Below are positions 1 through 12,104 of a DNA stretch of 51,068 nt, in pieces. The notes under the pieces are model-generated. The model did no database searches. It was not told where the DNA came from and was given only the letters and a program-made list of their open reading frames with translations. Every line of letters starts with the position of its first letter. Positions within the stretch are counted from its first letter, which is position 1. The DNA comes from Oculatellaceae cyanobacterium bins.114 (GTDB taxonomy: Bacteria > Cyanobacteriota > Cyanobacteriia > Elainellales > Elainellaceae), in contig JANRJA010000126.1 in NCBI GenBank assembly GCA_033764315.1, forward strand, positions 1-51,068, in the 5' to 3' direction. The translations under genes and the position numbers were made by a program.

Positions 1-2
1 TC

Positions 3-383
<381 letters not shown>

Positions 384-409
384 ACTTTACTAAGGTTTAG
401 ATTTTCACT

Positions 410-1558
410 ATGTTTCAGCTCCAGATCGTGAGTAATAGGCAGCAGCAAAGGGATTTTTTTGAAGTTCCCTGGAAAATTTATCATGATGATCCCTACTGGG
501 TACCAGTACCCATTGAAATGATTGCAGACCAGATTAATACTCGCACCCATCCATTTTTTCAGAGACACGATGCTCAGTTCTGGTGCGTATACAGCAACTC
601 AATTCCCGTCGGGCGGATCGCTGCATTTGCTTTGAGACCAGAGTTCAGAACTGAAACTGAAAATTATGCAACGTTTGGTTACTTTGAGGCGATTGATCAA
701 TCTGGAGTTGCTCATCTCCTCTTTCATGCGGTTCTTGAGTGGGCAGCCATACAGGGGGTTGCCTTTATTAGGGGTCCGATTAATCTTAATCTAAACTTCT
801 ATGAGTGTGGACTTTTAGTTGATGGATTTGATGTAAGTCCGACCATATCCAGACCATACAATCCTCGCTATTACGAGAAATTCTTTATCTCATTCGGATT
901 TCAGAAGGCGAAGGATTTAAAAGCTTACGATATCAGCCCCAAAAAGTTGAATTTTTCAGAAGGAGATATAGAGAAATATCATTATTTGACTAATCTTGAT
1001 GGATTAAGGATTCGGGAACTGAATCCCCAGAACTTCACTCAGGAAGTTACTTCTCTGTTTGAGGTCTACAATGAATCCTTGAAGAATAATTGGGGATTTA
1101 CCCCATTTACTCTGGATGAGTTTCTCCACTCTGCTAACGAGTTTAAGCTCATTTATACCCCCTATCTTGTCACTATCTTAGAAGTCTGGGGTGAACCTAT
1201 TGGTTTTTCACTGATTCTGCCAGACATTAACACAATCTATAAAAAAATCAATTGCAGGCGTTTATTCCCTTTTGGAATCTTCAAATTGTTGTGGTATTTG
1301 AAGTTTGACAATAAAGAGTTTAACCATAATTTTCGCTCTGTTTTTTTGGGTATCAAACAAAGCCATCGACATTTATTTTTGGGTAACTTACTTTTTGCTG
1401 AAAACTTTTGGAAAAGAGTTCCAGCACTAGATCCCGATGTCCAAGTCGAAGCGTCATGGATTCTGGAGGACAACAGAGCGATTCTCGATGTTATAGAAAA
1501 CCTGGGAGGGACTGTCAAAAGCACTTATCGTATTTATCAAAATAATGTTATGCAATGA
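410..1558 (+). CDS. YghO-like tandem GNAT N-acyltransferase (bacterial ceramide synthase-like)
   Basis: Motifs 'FFEVPWKIYHDDPYWVP', 'HPFF', 'VGRIAA', 'FGYFE', 'GLLVDGF', 'YNPRYY', 'NWGFTP', 'LPDIN' and 'EASWILEDN' match this GNAT-fold family. Confidence 0.75.
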   Translation: MFQLQIVSNRQQQRDFFEVPWKIYHDDPYWVPVPIEMIADQINTRTHPFFQRHDAQFWCVYSNSIPVGRIAAFALRPEFRTETENYATFGYFEAIDQSGVAHLLFHAVLEWAAIQGVAFIRGPINLNLNFYECGLLVDGFDVSPTISRPYNPRYYEKFFISFGFQKAKDLKAYDISPKKLNFSEGDIEKYHYLTNLDGLRIRELNPQNFTQEVTSLFEVYNESLKNNWGFTPFTLDEFLHSANEFKLIYTPYLVTILEVWGEPIGFSLILPDINTIYKKINCRRLFPFGIFKLLWYLKFDNKEFNHNFRSVFLGIKQSHRHLFLGNLLFAENFWKRVPALDPDVQVEASWILEDNRAILDVIENLGGTVKSTYRIYQNNVMQ

Positions 1559-1732
1559 ATGAATGTGTCTTCTGTTTTAAGGCTAGATATTAGTGAAAGA
1601 GTTAAGGATGGGTGTGTACTTTACTACCCTGAATGAGAAGTTTTAGAGGATGGTTGAAAAGCTAATGGCTGTGCCTTTAAGCACCTAGAGATCCCCCCTA
1701 TCCCACCTTAAAAAGGAGGGAAAATAAACTAT

Positions 1733-3529
1733 ATGAAAGATGAATATCAATCTCTTCTAAGCTCATTAAAAGATCCAGAGCTGATTCTGAGAAAGAAACG
1801 GGCGATTAAGCAGTACTTTTCGACACAATTCTGCTCACTAGAAATCCGGATTGCCATTTTAGGAGGTTCAACTACTGCTGAAGTTAGAGATATTATTGAA
1901 ATTTTCCTGTTGAAAGAAGGAATTTGCCCCACTTTTTATGAATCTGGATACAACCAGTATTATGAAGAGGTCATGTTCCATGATTCAAACTTGTTGCTCT
2001 TTAAGCCAGATGTGATTTACATCCATACTAGCTCAGTCAATATTTCACGTTTTCCTGATGTTAATGACTCTGAAGAACAAGTTCACAATCTACTCCAGGA
2101 TGAGTTTCAAAAGTTCAGAGATATATGGGAAGCAGCATTTAAAAAGTTTAATTGCACTATTATTCAAAATAACTTTGAACTTCCATCCTTCAGGGTGCTC
2201 GGAAATCTAGATTGTACTGACCTGCGTGGTAGAGTTTCATATATAACAGCACTTAACCAGCGCTTCATACAATATTCTCGAGTCGATCGACGCTTAGTGA
2301 TTAATGATATTCATTATCTAGCAGCTTCCATCGGTTTAGATCGCTGGTATGATGCAAGGCTCTGGTTCACCTCAAAATATGCGCTTAGCCTTGAAGCGAT
2401 ACCCCTTCTAGCACATCAGATCGCCGTAATTATTGGTGCAACCCTAGGCAAGAGCAAAAAGTGTATTGTGCTTGATCTCGACAATACTCTTTGGGGTGGT
2501 GTAATCGCAGACGACGGTTTGGCGGGCATTCAAATTGGAAATGGAACTCCTGTTGCTGAGGCATATTCAGCTTTTCAGCACTATCTCAAACAACTTCACG
2601 AGCGAGGAATTTTGTTAGCAATTTGTTCAAAAAATGATTTAGAAAACGCTTTAGAAGGCTTCAAACATCCAGATATGGTTCTAAAAGTTGAAAATTTTTC
2701 GCTCTTTATTGCCAATTGGGAATCAAAACCTGCAAACATACGGAAAATTGCTGAGAAACTTTGTTTATCAGTTGACTCCATTGTCTTTGTTGACGATAAC
2801 TCTGTAGAAAGAGAACACGTCAAGAATAGCCTTTCAAAGACTACGGTAGTTGAGCTAAGTGAGGATATCTCTGATTACATTAAAAATATTGATTCAATGC
2901 TCCTATTTGAAATTTCTACACTATCTAGCGAGGATTTGAATAGAAATCATTACTATGAGATGAATCAAAAAAGGGAAAACGAAAAAAATGCTTATGACTC
3001 CCTTAAAGATTTTCTTAAATCACTAAGAATGGTTGCAGAGATCGAGCCGTTTAGAGATATTTATCTTGATCGAATCACACAGCTTATCAACAAAACTAAT
3101 CAATTTAATCTAACCACTCGGCGTCACACTTTTGCCGAAGTCAGCAGCATAGCCCTGGATGAACAATACCTCACATTATATGGCAAACTTGAGGATAAAA
3201 TAGGTCAGAATGGTATTGTCTCTGCCATCATTGGAAAACAATATCAGTCGATTATGCATATTGATTTATGGGTCATGAGCTGTCGTGTATTTCAGCGGGG
3301 AATGGAAGCCGCAATGCTGGATCAATTTATAAAATATGCAATCAGAAAAGGGGTTAGAAAAATATATGGAATCTACTATAAAACCGAAAAGAATTCCATT
3401 GTTAAGAATCTATATCAAGAATTTGATTTTGAGCTAGTCAAATCAGATGAATTTGGCAACACTGAATGGCTGTTAGACGTATCAGATTACAATTGTATTC
3501 ACAATCATATTATTGAGGTAAAACAATGA
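1733..3529 (+). CDS. FkbH-like HAD-IIIC glyceryl-ACP synthase/phosphatase with N-terminal extension
   Basis: Motifs 'KKCIVLDLDNTLWGGVI', 'ICSKND', 'NWESK', 'FVDDNSVER', 'KTNQFNLTT' and 'WVMSCRV'. Confidence 0.9.
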   Translation: MKDEYQSLLSSLKDPELILRKKRAIKQYFSTQFCSLEIRIAILGGSTTAEVRDIIEIFLLKEGICPTFYESGYNQYYEEVMFHDSNLLLFKPDVIYIHTSSVNISRFPDVNDSEEQVHNLLQDEFQKFRDIWEAAFKKFNCTIIQNNFELPSFRVLGNLDCTDLRGRVSYITALNQRFIQYSRVDRRLVINDIHYLAASIGLDRWYDARLWFTSKYALSLEAIPLLAHQIAVIIGATLGKSKKCIVLDLDNTLWGGVIADDGLAGIQIGNGTPVAEAYSAFQHYLKQLHERGILLAICSKNDLENALEGFKHPDMVLKVENFSLFIANWESKPANIRKIAEKLCLSVDSIVFVDDNSVEREHVKNSLSKTTVVELSEDISDYIKNIDSMLLFEISTLSSEDLNRNHYYEMNQKRENEKNAYDSLKDFLKSLRMVAEIEPFRDIYLDRITQLINKTNQFNLTTRRHTFAEVSSIALDEQYLTLYGKLEDKIGQNGIVSAIIGKQYQSIMHIDLWVMSCRVFQRGMEAAMLDQFIKYAIRKGVRKIYGIYYKTEKNSIVKNLYQEFDFELVKSDEFGNTEWLLDVSDYNCIHNHIIEVKQ

Positions 3530-3780
3530 ACAGGGAAAGCGTTCTGGAAAGCATTGAATCTATATTTAGAGAAGTTTTAAATAATTCACATATTTCAATT
3601 AATGAAAATACAACTGGATTGGATATAGAGGAATGGAATTCGCTAACACACCTTAACCTGATTTTGGCGGTTGAGAAAAAGTTTCAAATCAAGTTCAAGT
3701 TAACTGAATTGGCTACGTTCAAAAAAATTGGTGATATTATCGATGTGCTTCTAGGCATAAATTCAGAAAAAAAAATGTAG
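3526..3780 (+). CDS. Acyl carrier protein (FkbH-associated type)
   Basis: 84 aa with 'DIEEWNSLTHLNLILAVEKKFQIKF' (WDSL-like phosphopantetheine serine). Start overlaps the FkbH stop (ATGA). Confidence 0.85.
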   Translation: MNRESVLESIESIFREVLNNSHISINENTTGLDIEEWNSLTHLNLILAVEKKFQIKFKLTELATFKKIGDIIDVLLGINSEKKM

Positions 3781-3877
3781 TAATTGCATAAACCCCATTC
3801 TCTACTGCTTAAACTGAATACGAGACTCTATTGCAAAAACGGAGTGATCCAGGATGGACTGAGACGCTCCTCGACCG

Positions 3878-4169
3878 CTGGTTGACTGACAAAACTCATT
3901 GAACAAAGCAGTAGGTTTTGACGGTAAACTCCCGTTTCAAGCGTTTTTTCCTGCTTTGTCGCTGCCGAGACAGGTTCCAGATCTGCCTTTCCATACTGGG
4001 AGATCGTCAAGAGCAATTTCTAGCTCTGATACAGAGCACCCTTGAGCCAATTCCAGTCAATCCTGAAATGGCTGTTGCCGAGTTACCAGTGCGGGTCTAC
4101 CCACCGCCACTTATCTGTAGCAACGACTTGTTGTCCCTGAACCGTTAGCAAGAGCGTGACGACCAGCCA
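3878..4169 (-). mobile_element. Decayed C-terminal remnant of an IS4-like (DDE) transposase with probable right end
   Basis: Minus frame reads WLVVTLLLTVQGQQVVATDKWRWVDPHW*LGNSHFRIDWNWLKGALYQS*...DLEP, with two in-frame stops. It resembles the 'RWVDPHWFRGNSY..IGW.W' C-terminus I recall from cyanobacterial IS4-type transposases. Confidence 0.6.
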
Positions 4170-4443
4170 TCAAGAAGGGTTCATCGTATAAGCCTGCTAG
4201 GGTCAGCAGGGGAGAAATGAGGAGTTGATTGATGGTGCCTTCAGGGAGTGAACCTTGATTTCTGTGGCGATCGCACCTCGCTTTAATTTGGTCAAGTGTA
4301 GCTAACTTTGTTGGAGTTGACTCTGGTAAGTTGCTCGTCCATTCTGAGAAAAATTTAGGATCTGAGCTGGGCACTATGCCAAATCGCTGCTGGAGTGCAG
4401 CCATTGTAAGGATAGTTTTGGAGATGGCTAGGCTTTGAGTCAT
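4170..4443 (-). pseudogene. 3'-truncated cyanobacterial 'restriction endonuclease subunit R'-like (PD-(D/E)XK) gene
   Basis: MTQSLAISKTI...LQQRFGI...FFSEW...LDQIK...EGTINQLLISPLLTLAGLYDEPF matches the family N-terminus, then stops abruptly at the IS remnant. Confidence 0.6.
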
Positions 4444-4637
4444 GAGCAAGTCTACAAGGCAGATTCCTAATTCTATTCGGCTGGTAGAGCGATCGCTGCC
4501 CTAGATCTAGGAAAATAGCGATCGGCCTAAACTGCTTCAAGTTCCTGATTAAAGTCTTTCCAACGGATCATGACCTACTTTTTTTATCACAGGACTTATA
4601 CTAATTCTCTAAAGTAGTCCTACAAGTCCTACAGATG

Positions 4638-4712
4638 TCCCCTTCGACTACGCTCAGGGGACGCTGACTGAGCACGGGGGACGCTGACTGAGCCTGACTG
4701 AGCACGGGGGAC
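4638..4712. repeat. REP-like element (cccttcgactacgctcagggg) with tandem duplications of 'ctgactgagcacggggga'
   Basis: Palindromic core and direct repeats are visible at 4638-4712. Confidence 0.6.
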
Positions 4713-4880
4713 ATGAGATGCTGCATTGGTGCTCTCTGCTTGAACCTGTTCTGCTTCCACGCAACTATACGCCTTCTGGGTGGTAATCAAAAAGTTGATG
4801 TCATTGTTCTCGTTGACTTTGAGAGGATTCATTCTTTGGTTTTACTCCAACTTCTCTTTTGCTCAACTGCGTAACTCCTA
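4713..4880 (-). mobile_element. IS701-family transposase N-terminal stub with probable left end
   Basis: MNPLKVNENNDINFLITTQKAYSCVEAEQVQAESTNAASH resembles IS701 N-termini. The upstream minus-strand sequence taggagttacgcagttga (4863-4880) looks like an IS end. Confidence 0.6.
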
Positions 4881-4910
4881 AAAAAGACAAGGGGCAAAAG
4901 CCCCTTGTTT
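4880..4910 (-). terminator. Rho-independent terminator of gltB-gltD
   Basis: Hairpin acaaggggc-aaaa-gccccttgt followed by a T-run on the minus strand. Confidence 0.75.
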
Positions 4911-4939
4911 GAACTGATACAAGATTCTAATTGCGACGG

Positions 4940-6424
4940 TTAAGGCAGATCAGTGACACCCATGAGATAGCGATCGCACTCACGCGCTACTCCTCGTCCT
5001 TCATTAAACGCCCAGACGACAAGGCTTTGACCACGCCGACAGTCACCAGCCGCGAATACGCCTGGAATGCTGGTGGCATAGGTGCCATACTCGGCTTTAA
5101 CATTACTACGTGGATCGCGATCGAGTCCGAGGGCATCAAGCAGGGATTGTTCTGGCCCTAAGAAGCCCATTGCCAACAGAACCAGTTGGGCAGGCAGTAC
5201 CTTCTCTGTTCCAGGAATATGTCTGGGGATAAACTGTCCCTTTTCATTGCGTTCCCACTGCACTTGCACCGTGTGAACGGCTTTGACGTGTCCTTCAGCA
5301 TCGCCTTCAAAGTGGTTTGCTGTGGTCAAATAGACGCGAGGATCATCCCCAAACTTGGCAGCGGCTTCCTCTTGTCCGTAGTCCATCTTATAGACCTTGG
5401 GCCATTCGGGCCAGGGATTATCGGCAGCCCGTGCAGAGGGAGGTTTGGGCATGATTTCGAGTTGTACCAAACCGTTGCAGCCATGTCGGATGGACGTGCC
5501 AACGCAGTCTGTTCCGGTGTCGCCACCGCCGATGATCACGACATCCTTTCCGGTAGCTGAGATGAAGGAGTCACCGGGTTTGCCATCCAGAACCGCTTTG
5601 GTATTGCCCGTCAGGAATTCCATCGCAAAGTGAATACCTTTTAGCTGGCGACCTTCAATGGGCAGATCGCGAGGTTTGGTAGCACCAGTGCAGAGAACGA
5701 CAGCATCATATTCTTGCAACAGTGTTTCCGCAGGCAAATCCTTGCCGACTTCGGTATTGCAGACAAACTGAACGCCTTCCTTTTCTAGCAACTCCAAGCG
5801 GCGGAGCACCACCTGTTCCTTATCCAACTTCATGTTGGGGATGCCATACATGAGCAATCCACCGGGGCGATCAGCACGTTCGTAGACTGTGACCCAATGT
5901 CCAGCCCGATTGAGTTGGGCGGCAGCAGACAAACCTGCTGGCCCAGACCCGATGATGGCAACTCGTTTGCCCGTGCGTTTGGCAGGAGGATCAGCCGTAA
6001 TCCAGCCTTCTTCCCAGCCCTTTTCGACAATCGAGTATTCGATGTTTTTGATCGTTACAGGAGGATTGTGAATGCCCAGTACACAAGAGCCTTCACAAGG
6101 AGCAGGGCACACCCGCCCCGTGAATTCGGGGAAGTTGTTGGTTTTATGGAGGCGATCGAGTGCTTCTTGCCACAGCCCACGATAGACCAGATCATTCCAT
6201 TCTGGGATCAGGTTATTAATTGGGCAGCCACTCGCCATGCCACTGATCAGAGTGCCCGTGTGGCAAAAGGGCGTACCACAATCCATGCAGCGTGCCCCTT
6301 GAGTGCGGAGCTTTTCTTCTGGCATCGGCAGATGAAACTCGTCCCAATTGTGAATCCGATCGAGGGGTTCCAGTTCAGACGGCAGTTCGCGCAGATATTC
6401 AATAAAGCCAGTTGGTTTTCCCAT
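4940..6424 (-). CDS. gltD: NADH-dependent glutamate synthase small subunit
   Basis: MGKPTGF start, '[10 protein letters not shown]', '[12 protein letters not shown]', GSGPAG and GGGDTG dinucleotide motifs, '[13 protein letters not shown]'. Confidence 0.97.
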   Translation of the reverse strand: MGKPTGFIEYLRELPSELEPLDRIHNWDEFHLPMPEEKLRTQGARCMDCGTPFCHTGTLISGMASGCPINNLIPEWNDLVYRGLWQEALDRLHKTNNFPEFTGRVCPAPCEGSCVLGIHNPPVTIKNIEYSIVEKGWEEGWITADPPAKRTGKRVAIIGSGPAGLSAAAQLNRAGHWVTVYERADRPGGLLMYGIPNMKLDKEQVVLRRLELLEKEGVQFVCNTEVGKDLPAETLLQEYDAVVLCTGATKPRDLPIEGRQLKGIHFAMEFLTGNTKAVLDGKPGDSFISATGKDVVIIGGGDTGTDCVGTSIRHGCNGLVQLEIMPKPPSARAADNPWPEWPKVYKMDYGQEEAAAKFGDDPRVYLTTANHFEGDAEGHVKAVHTVQVQWERNEKGQFIPRHIPGTEKVLPAQLVLLAMGFLGPEQSLLDALGLDRDPRSNVKAEYGTYATSIPGVFAAGDCRRGQSLVVWAFNEGRGVARECDRYLMGVTDLP

Positions 6425-6427
6425 GTC

Positions 6428-9400
6428 TCAACTTCCTCCAATTCGGGCAACATCGCGGGCATTTTCTTCAAAGGCAGCGGTCAGGGCATCGTCTCCACTC
6501 AGACCAGCGGCGATCGCATTCTTAATGGCCTGCAACACGCGCTTGTAGTCTTTGGGCATCACCTTGACAAATTTTGGCACCATTGCCTCCCAGTTTTCTA
6601 AAACCTGGATGGCTTTTTGACTCTGGGTATAGGTGGCATGGTTTTGGATGATCTGTCGCAGTTCTGCGATTTCTTCGGGGTCTTCTAGAGTTTCTAGCCC
6701 GACCATTTGTGAGTTACAGCGAGTGGCAAAATCACCCTCTTGATCCAGGATGTAAGCAACGCCACCACTCATGCCAGCGGCGAAGTTGCGTCCCGTAGTG
6801 CCCAGAACAACTACTTTGCCCCCGGTCATATATTCGCAACCGTGATCGCCGACGGCTTCTACCACCGTTGTCACACCAGAGTTGCGAACGCAGAAGCGTT
6901 CTCCGGCAATGCCGCGAATATAGACTTCTCCAGAGGTCGCACCGTAGAGGGCAACGTTGCCGACAATGGTGTTTTCCTCTGCTACAAACGTGGAGTTTTT
7001 GGGTGGATAAAGGATAATCTTGCCGCCGCTCAAGCCTTTGCCAAAGTAGTCGTTAGCATCGCCTTCCAGTTCCAAGGTTACGCCCTTCGGCACAAAAGCA
7101 CCAAAGCTTTGTCCGGCACTGCCCTGGAAGTGCAGATGGACGGTGTTTTCTGGTAATCCTTGCCAGTGGCGTTTGGTAATTTCGTTGCCCAAAATCGTTC
7201 CCACCGCTCGGTTGACGTTGCGAATAGGCAACGTGGCTTTCACGGGTTCACCTCGTTCGATCGCCCCTTTACACAAATCCAGCAGCATTGTGATATCTAG
7301 GGATTTGTCTAATCCGTGATCTTGAGGAATCTGACAGTAACGCCCCACATTGTCCGCCACATCGGGTTGATAGAGAATCTTGGAGATATCCAAGCCTTTT
7401 GCTTTCCAATGGGCGATCGCCTGTTTTGCCTCTAACACATCGGTGCGCCCGACCATTTCATTGAGCGTGCGGAAGCCCAGTTCTGCCATCAATTCACGGG
7501 TTTCTTGAGCAATGAATTTCATAAAGTTCACCGTATGCTCTGGATCCCCCGTAAAGTTTTGCCGCAGTTGCGGATCTTGGGTGGCGACCCCAGCCGGACA
7601 GGTGTTGAGGTGACAGACCCGCATCATGATGCAGCCGAGGGTAACGAGGGGAGCGGTGGCAAAGCCAAACTCCTCTGCCCCCAATAGCGCAGCAATGACG
7701 ACATCGCGTCCGGTCTTCATTTGACCGTCAGTTTCTACAACAATGCGCGATCGCAGATTATTCAAAACCAATGTTTGATGTGTTTCTGCTAATCCCAATT
7801 CCCAGGGCAGACCAGCATGTTTAATGGAAGTCTGAGGAGAGGCTCCAGTGCCGCCATCAAAGCCTGAAATCAGCACTACATCCGCATGGGCTTTTGATAC
7901 ACCTGCTGCAATGGTTCCAACCCCAACCTCTGACACCAATTTGACGCTGATGCGGGCATGACGGTTGGCATTCTTCAGGTCGTGAATCAGCTCTGCCAGA
8001 TCTTCAATGGAGTAAATGTCATGGTGCGGGGGTGGCGAGATCAGACCGACACCCGGAGTGGAGTGGCGGACTTTAGCGATCCAGGGGTAGACCTTACGAC
8101 CGGGCAACTGCCCGCCCTCACCCGGTTTTGCCCCTTGCGCCATCTTGATCTGGATTTCTTTGGCTTGAGAGAGATACAAACTGGTGACTCCAAACCGCCC
8201 GGATGCCACTTGTTTAATGGCACTATTTTTGGAGTCGCCCCGGTCGTTGGTCCAGGTGTAGCGTTCGGGATCTTCGCCCCCTTCACCTGTGTTGGACTTG
8301 CCGCCGATGCGGTTCATGGCGATCGCCAATGCTTCGTGGGCCTCCTTCGAGATTGAGCCATAGCTCATTGCCCCTGTTTTGAAGCGTTTCATGATCGCCT
8401 CAATGGGTTCTACTTCTTCGATGGGGATGGGTTGACGGGTTTTGAAATCGAGCAGACCGCGCAGCGTGAAGTGCTTTTGGTTTTGCTCATTGACCAACCG
8501 GGCATAGGTCTTGTACTGGTCGTAGTTACCTGTACGCACCGACTTTTGCAGGGTGTGAATGGTTTCTGGGCTAAACAGGTGGGCTTCCCCTTCCTTGCGC
8601 CACTGATACTCGCCGCCCACATCCAGGGTGTGACCATTGACCTCACGATCGGGGAAAGCGTGGCTGTGGCGTAACACGGCTTCCTGGGTGATGACTTCAA
8701 GGTCGGCTCCCTCAATCCGCGATGCCGTCCAGGTAAAGTAGCGATCGACTACCGCTTGATTCAGCCCGATCGCCTCAAAAATTTGCGCCCCCCGATAGCT
8801 TTGCAGTGTGGAAATACCAATCTTTGAGGCAACTTTGACCACCCCTTTAGTTGCCGCTTTGATGTAGTTCTTACAGGCGGTTTTGTACTCCACTCCAACC
8901 AGCAAGCCCTGCTGAATCATGTCCTCAATGGTTTCAAAGGCAAGGTAGGGGTTGATGCCACCACAACCATAGCCAATTAGCGTGGCGAAATGATGAACCT
9001 CACGGGGTTCGCCCGACTCTAGCACCAGACCCACTTGAGTGCGCGTACCCTTGCGGATCAGGTGATGGTGCAATCCAGCTACCGCCAGGAGAGCAGGAAT
9101 TGGAGCCTGGGCTGCACTGATACCGCGATCGCTCAGGATCACAATATTGACCCCATCAGCGATCGCCTGATCTGCCGCTTCGCAAATGGTATTTAACGCC
9201 TGTTCTAACCCCTCTACACCCCCTTTAGGGTTAAAGAGCGACGAAATTGTGATGGACTTAAAGCCATCAGACTGCAACCCCTTGAGCTTCGCCAGTTCCT
9301 CATTGCTGAGGATGGGTGTATTGAGCTTGATCAAGTGACAGCTTTCCGGTTCTGGCTTTAGCAAATTGCGCTCTGCCCCAATGGTGGTCTGAGCTGAGGT

Positions 9401-11032
9401 GATGATCTCCTCCCGAATCGAGTCGATGGGAGGGTTTGTTACCTGAGCAAACAGTTGTTGGAAGTAGTCGTATAGCAGTTTGGGGCGATCGCTCAACACG
9501 GCCAGTGGTGTATCGGTTCCCATAGAACCCACGGCTTCTACCCCATCCCGTGCCATCGGGGTAAGCAACATCCGCACCTCTTCAAAGGTGTAGCCAAAAG
9601 CAAGTTGTCGCTGAATGACGGTGGTCAGATCGGGGGTGGCTTCTAGAACAGGATCGCTGGACGTAGCAGCGGGTAAGTTTGCCAGATCAACCAGATATTG
9701 ATTCAACCACTCCCGATAGGGATGCTCCGTCGCAATTTGCTGTTTAATTTCCTCATCCGCCACAATCCGCCCTTCCTGCATATTCACCAGGAACATCCGT
9801 CCCGGTTGCAGTCGTCCTTTGAGGGCAATCCGCTCTGGCTCAATCGGCAATACCCCTGCCTCTGATGCCATGATCACCAGGTCATCGTGGGTGACGTAAT
9901 AGCGAGAGGGACGCAGCCCGTTGCGATCTAAAACGGCTCCCATCATGGTGCCATCAGTGAAAGCGATCGACGCGGGGCCATCCCACGGCTCCATCAAACA
10001 GGAATGGTATTCGTAGAAAGCTTTCTTGTCGTCATTCATCGACTCGTGAGCCGTCCACGGTTCGGGAATCATCATCATCACCGCATGGGGTAGCGATCGC
10101 CCAGACAACACGAGCAGTTCTAGCGCATTGTCAAAGATCAGCGAGTCACTCCCATCGATGTTAATGACAGGCTGGATCTTGTGGATGTCGTCACCAAAGA
10201 CCTCTGATTGGAACAGGGATTGCCGCGCGTGCATCCAGTTGATGTTGCCCCGCAGGGTATTGATTTCGCCGTTGTGAGCAATGTAACGGTAAGGGTGCGA
10301 TCGCTCCCAACTGGGGAAAGTATTAGTACTGAAGCGAGAGTGCACCAACGCCAGCGCACTTTCTAAATCTGGGTCTTGCAACTCAGGGTAGTATTGCCCC
10401 ACCTGCACTGGCATCAACATGCCCTTATAGACCATCGTGCGACACGACAGACTAGAGGGATACCAAGCGGGATCAATCTGAGCCGTTCGCAGGGCAAGGT
10501 GCGATCGCTTGCGGATAATGTAGAGCTTCCGCTCAAATGCCATGTCATCCACGAGATCAGGGTGCCGCTGAATGAACACCTGCTGCATAAACGGCTCACT
10601 CAACTTTGCGGTGTCACCCAGCGATGAGTTATCGGTGGGCACATCGCGCCAACCCAGGACTTTTTGCCCCTCTTCTGCCACGATCTGTTCAAACAACCAG
10701 CGGCTCTTTTCGCGTCGCACCGGATCGGGAGAACCGTAAATCATCCCCACACCGTACTGCCCTGCTTCAGGTAGGGCGATGTTTTCGGCAGCAGCAACTT
10801 TCTGCAAAAACTTATGCGGAATCTGGATCAAGATCCCGGCTCCATCGCCCGTGTTTATTTCGGCTCCACACGCGCCACGATGGTCAATATTCAACAAAAT
10901 GGTGAGGGCCTGTTCGACGATTTCGTGGGACGCTTGACCCTTCATGTGAACGATGAAGCCAACACCGCATGCATCGTGTTCAAATTGTGGATCGTAAAGT
11001 CCCTGTTTGGGTGGCAGTTGATTGCTGTTCAT
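6428..11032 (-). CDS. gltB: Glutamate synthase large subunit (NADH-GOGAT type); probable ATG at 11032
   Basis: 'EHDACGVGF' N-terminal nucleophile Cys, 'HSRFSTNT', 'AMSYGSIS', '[12 protein letters not shown]'. Lies 3 nt upstream of gltD. Confidence 0.97.
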   Translation of the reverse strand: MNSNQLPPKQGLYDPQFEHDACGVGFIVHMKGQASHEIVEQALTILLNIDHRGACGAEINTGDGAGILIQIPHKFLQKVAAAENIALPEAGQYGVGMIYGSPDPVRREKSRWLFEQIVAEEGQKVLGWRDVPTDNSSLGDTAKLSEPFMQQVFIQRHPDLVDDMAFERKLYIIRKRSHLALRTAQIDPAWYPSSLSCRTMVYKGMLMPVQVGQYYPELQDPDLESALALVHSRFSTNTFPSWERSHPYRYIAHNGEINTLRGNINWMHARQSLFQSEVFGDDIHKIQPVINIDGSDSLIFDNALELLVLSGRSLPHAVMMMIPEPWTAHESMNDDKKAFYEYHSCLMEPWDGPASIAFTDGTMMGAVLDRNGLRPSRYYVTHDDLVIMASEAGVLPIEPERIALKGRLQPGRMFLVNMQEGRIVADEEIKQQIATEHPYREWLNQYLVDLANLPAATSSDPVLEATPDLTTVIQRQLAFGYTFEEVRMLLTPMARDGVEAVGSMGTDTPLAVLSDRPKLLYDYFQQLFAQVTNPPIDSIREEIITSAQTTIGAERNLLKPEPESCHLIKLNTPILSNEELAKLKGLQSDGFKSITISSLFNPKGGVEGLEQALNTICEAADQAIADGVNIVILSDRGISAAQAPIPALLAVAGLHHHLIRKGTRTQVGLVLESGEPREVHHFATLIGYGCGGINPYLAFETIEDMIQQGLLVGVEYKTACKNYIKAATKGVVKVASKIGISTLQSYRGAQIFEAIGLNQAVVDRYFTWTASRIEGADLEVITQEAVLRHSHAFPDREVNGHTLDVGGEYQWRKEGEAHLFSPETIHTLQKSVRTGNYDQYKTYARLVNEQNQKHFTLRGLLDFKTRQPIPIEEVEPIEAIMKRFKTGAMSYGSISKEAHEALAIAMNRIGGKSNTGEGGEDPERYTWTNDRGDSKNSAIKQVASGRFGVTSLYLSQAKEIQIKMAQGAKPGEGGQLPGRKVYPWIAKVRHSTPGVGLISPPPHHDIYSIEDLAELIHDLKNANRHARISVKLVSEVGVGTIAAGVSKAHADVVLISGFDGGTGASPQTSIKHAGLPWELGLAETHQTLVLNNLRSRIVVETDGQMKTGRDVVIAALLGAEEFGFATAPLVTLGCIMMRVCHLNTCPAGVATQDPQLRQNFTGDPEHTVNFMKFIAQETRELMAELGFRTLNEMVGRTDVLEAKQAIAHWKAKGLDISKILYQPDVADNVGRYCQIPQDHGLDKSLDITMLLDLCKGAIERGEPVKATLPIRNVNRAVGTILGNEITKRHWQGLPENTVHLHFQGSAGQSFGAFVPKGVTLELEGDANDYFGKGLSGGKIILYPPKNSTFVAEENTIVGNVALYGATSGEVYIRGIAGERFCVRNSGVTTVVEAVGDHGCEYMTGGKVVVLGTTGRNFAAGMSGGVAYILDQEGDFATRCNSQMVGLETLEDPEEIAELRQIIQNHATYTQSQKAIQVLENWEAMVPKFVKVMPKDYKRVLQAIKNAIAAGLSGDDALTAAFEENARDVARIGGS

Positions 11033-11360
11033 TTGTGGATGCCCCAGAGGTGGCAAAAACGGTGTTCTTCTATCTCATTGAGAGATTTTCTAATGAGTAA
11101 TGCAAATAAACACAGGTCTTAAGGAAAATGTCAGATCTGCTCTCTAAAATTGGGTGTTTTGAGTCAGTTATCGTAACAATTCGAGACCATTTAGTAACAA
11201 AATAACGCGGTCATTAAACGTTGACGAATCTTAAATGGTGTGCTGTGAAATGCCTTCAGAAAGAGAGCTTTATAGCTTACCACCTTTTTGGGTTGGGGTT
11301 TGTTGCAACATTGGAGAGATCACCTTAGAGAGCACCTAATTCCTCAACTTCATCAATAAA

Positions 11361-11374
11361 GTATTAGCTAATAC
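11361..11374. promoter_or_regulatory. Candidate NtcA site upstream of gltB
   Basis: Perfect palindrome GTATTAGCTAATAC (GTA-N8-TAC). No clean TAN3T box 22 nt downstream on the minus strand. Confidence 0.45.
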
Positions 11375-11571
11375 AGGAACATCACTGCGCCCTGCTTCTA
11401 AAGCCGATGTTGCTCGCAACAGACTTTATTTCAACGCAAATTACCTAACATTAATAACGGGAGTAATTAGTATCAGAAATATCTTTTTTCTTTTTCCTTA
11501 AGCTTAATCAATTACAGGTTTTGATTGATGGCGATCGCTCTGAGACTATTACCTCAACAAATCACCCAAAG

Positions 11572-11616
11572 AAAAAAAAGTTACGAGAATCTAACGTGAA
11601 GTAGCCTCTCGTAACT
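11572..11616 (-). terminator. Terminator downstream of the 69-aa ORF
   Basis: Stem agttacgaga...tctcgtaact with an A8 run on the plus strand (U-run on minus). Confidence 0.55.
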
Positions 11617-11648
11617 ATTCGTTTTTAGAAAGTTATTACATCGAAAAC

Positions 11649-11858
11649 TTAATAACTATCATCCTTATTGACAGTGACTAAGGCGAGTAAGTGATTGGCA
11701 TGATTGAGGCGATCGCTAATGGCTTGTCGCCAACTGAGGCTAATGGATGGATCAGCCAAAATCTCTTGTGCTAATTGCCGATATAAGGCACCTGTCACAA
11801 TATCAACCTGTTCAAGCAAACTGAGATTTTCGTAGGCAGTTTGAGGCGAAACCTGCAT
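11649..11858 (-). CDS. Small hypothetical protein (69 aa)
   Basis: ATG start preceded by aaggaaggga (RBS-like) and followed by a terminator. Confidence 0.65.
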   Translation of the reverse strand: MQVSPQTAYENLSLLEQVDIVTGALYRQLAQEILADPSISLSWRQAISDRLNHANHLLALVTVNKDDSY

Positions 11859-12104
11859 AGTGTCCCTTCCTTAGTAGTAAGCCCAAACCGGAGCGGTGGC
11901 TGCGGCTATCTATATCTGCTTATCATCTCCGTAATATCTGTGGATTAATTCATCCCTTTTACAGATTGTGTTGCTTCTTTACAAGGATTCAAATTTTGCC
12001 AGCTTTGTTATTACTTCACCCTCGTCTAAAGGCAACATTTGCGATCTCATATTGACCCTACTGTGGCTCAACTCAGCTGTCCTAACGGCACTTCCCCTTG
12101 CCAA

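Noticed and set aside
4931-11122. Numerous antisense or alternate-frame ORFs over gltD/gltB (likewise over nrdJ, mnmG, mutS and pnt)
   Set aside because: They are shadow ORFs of long conserved genes and have no recognisable motifs.
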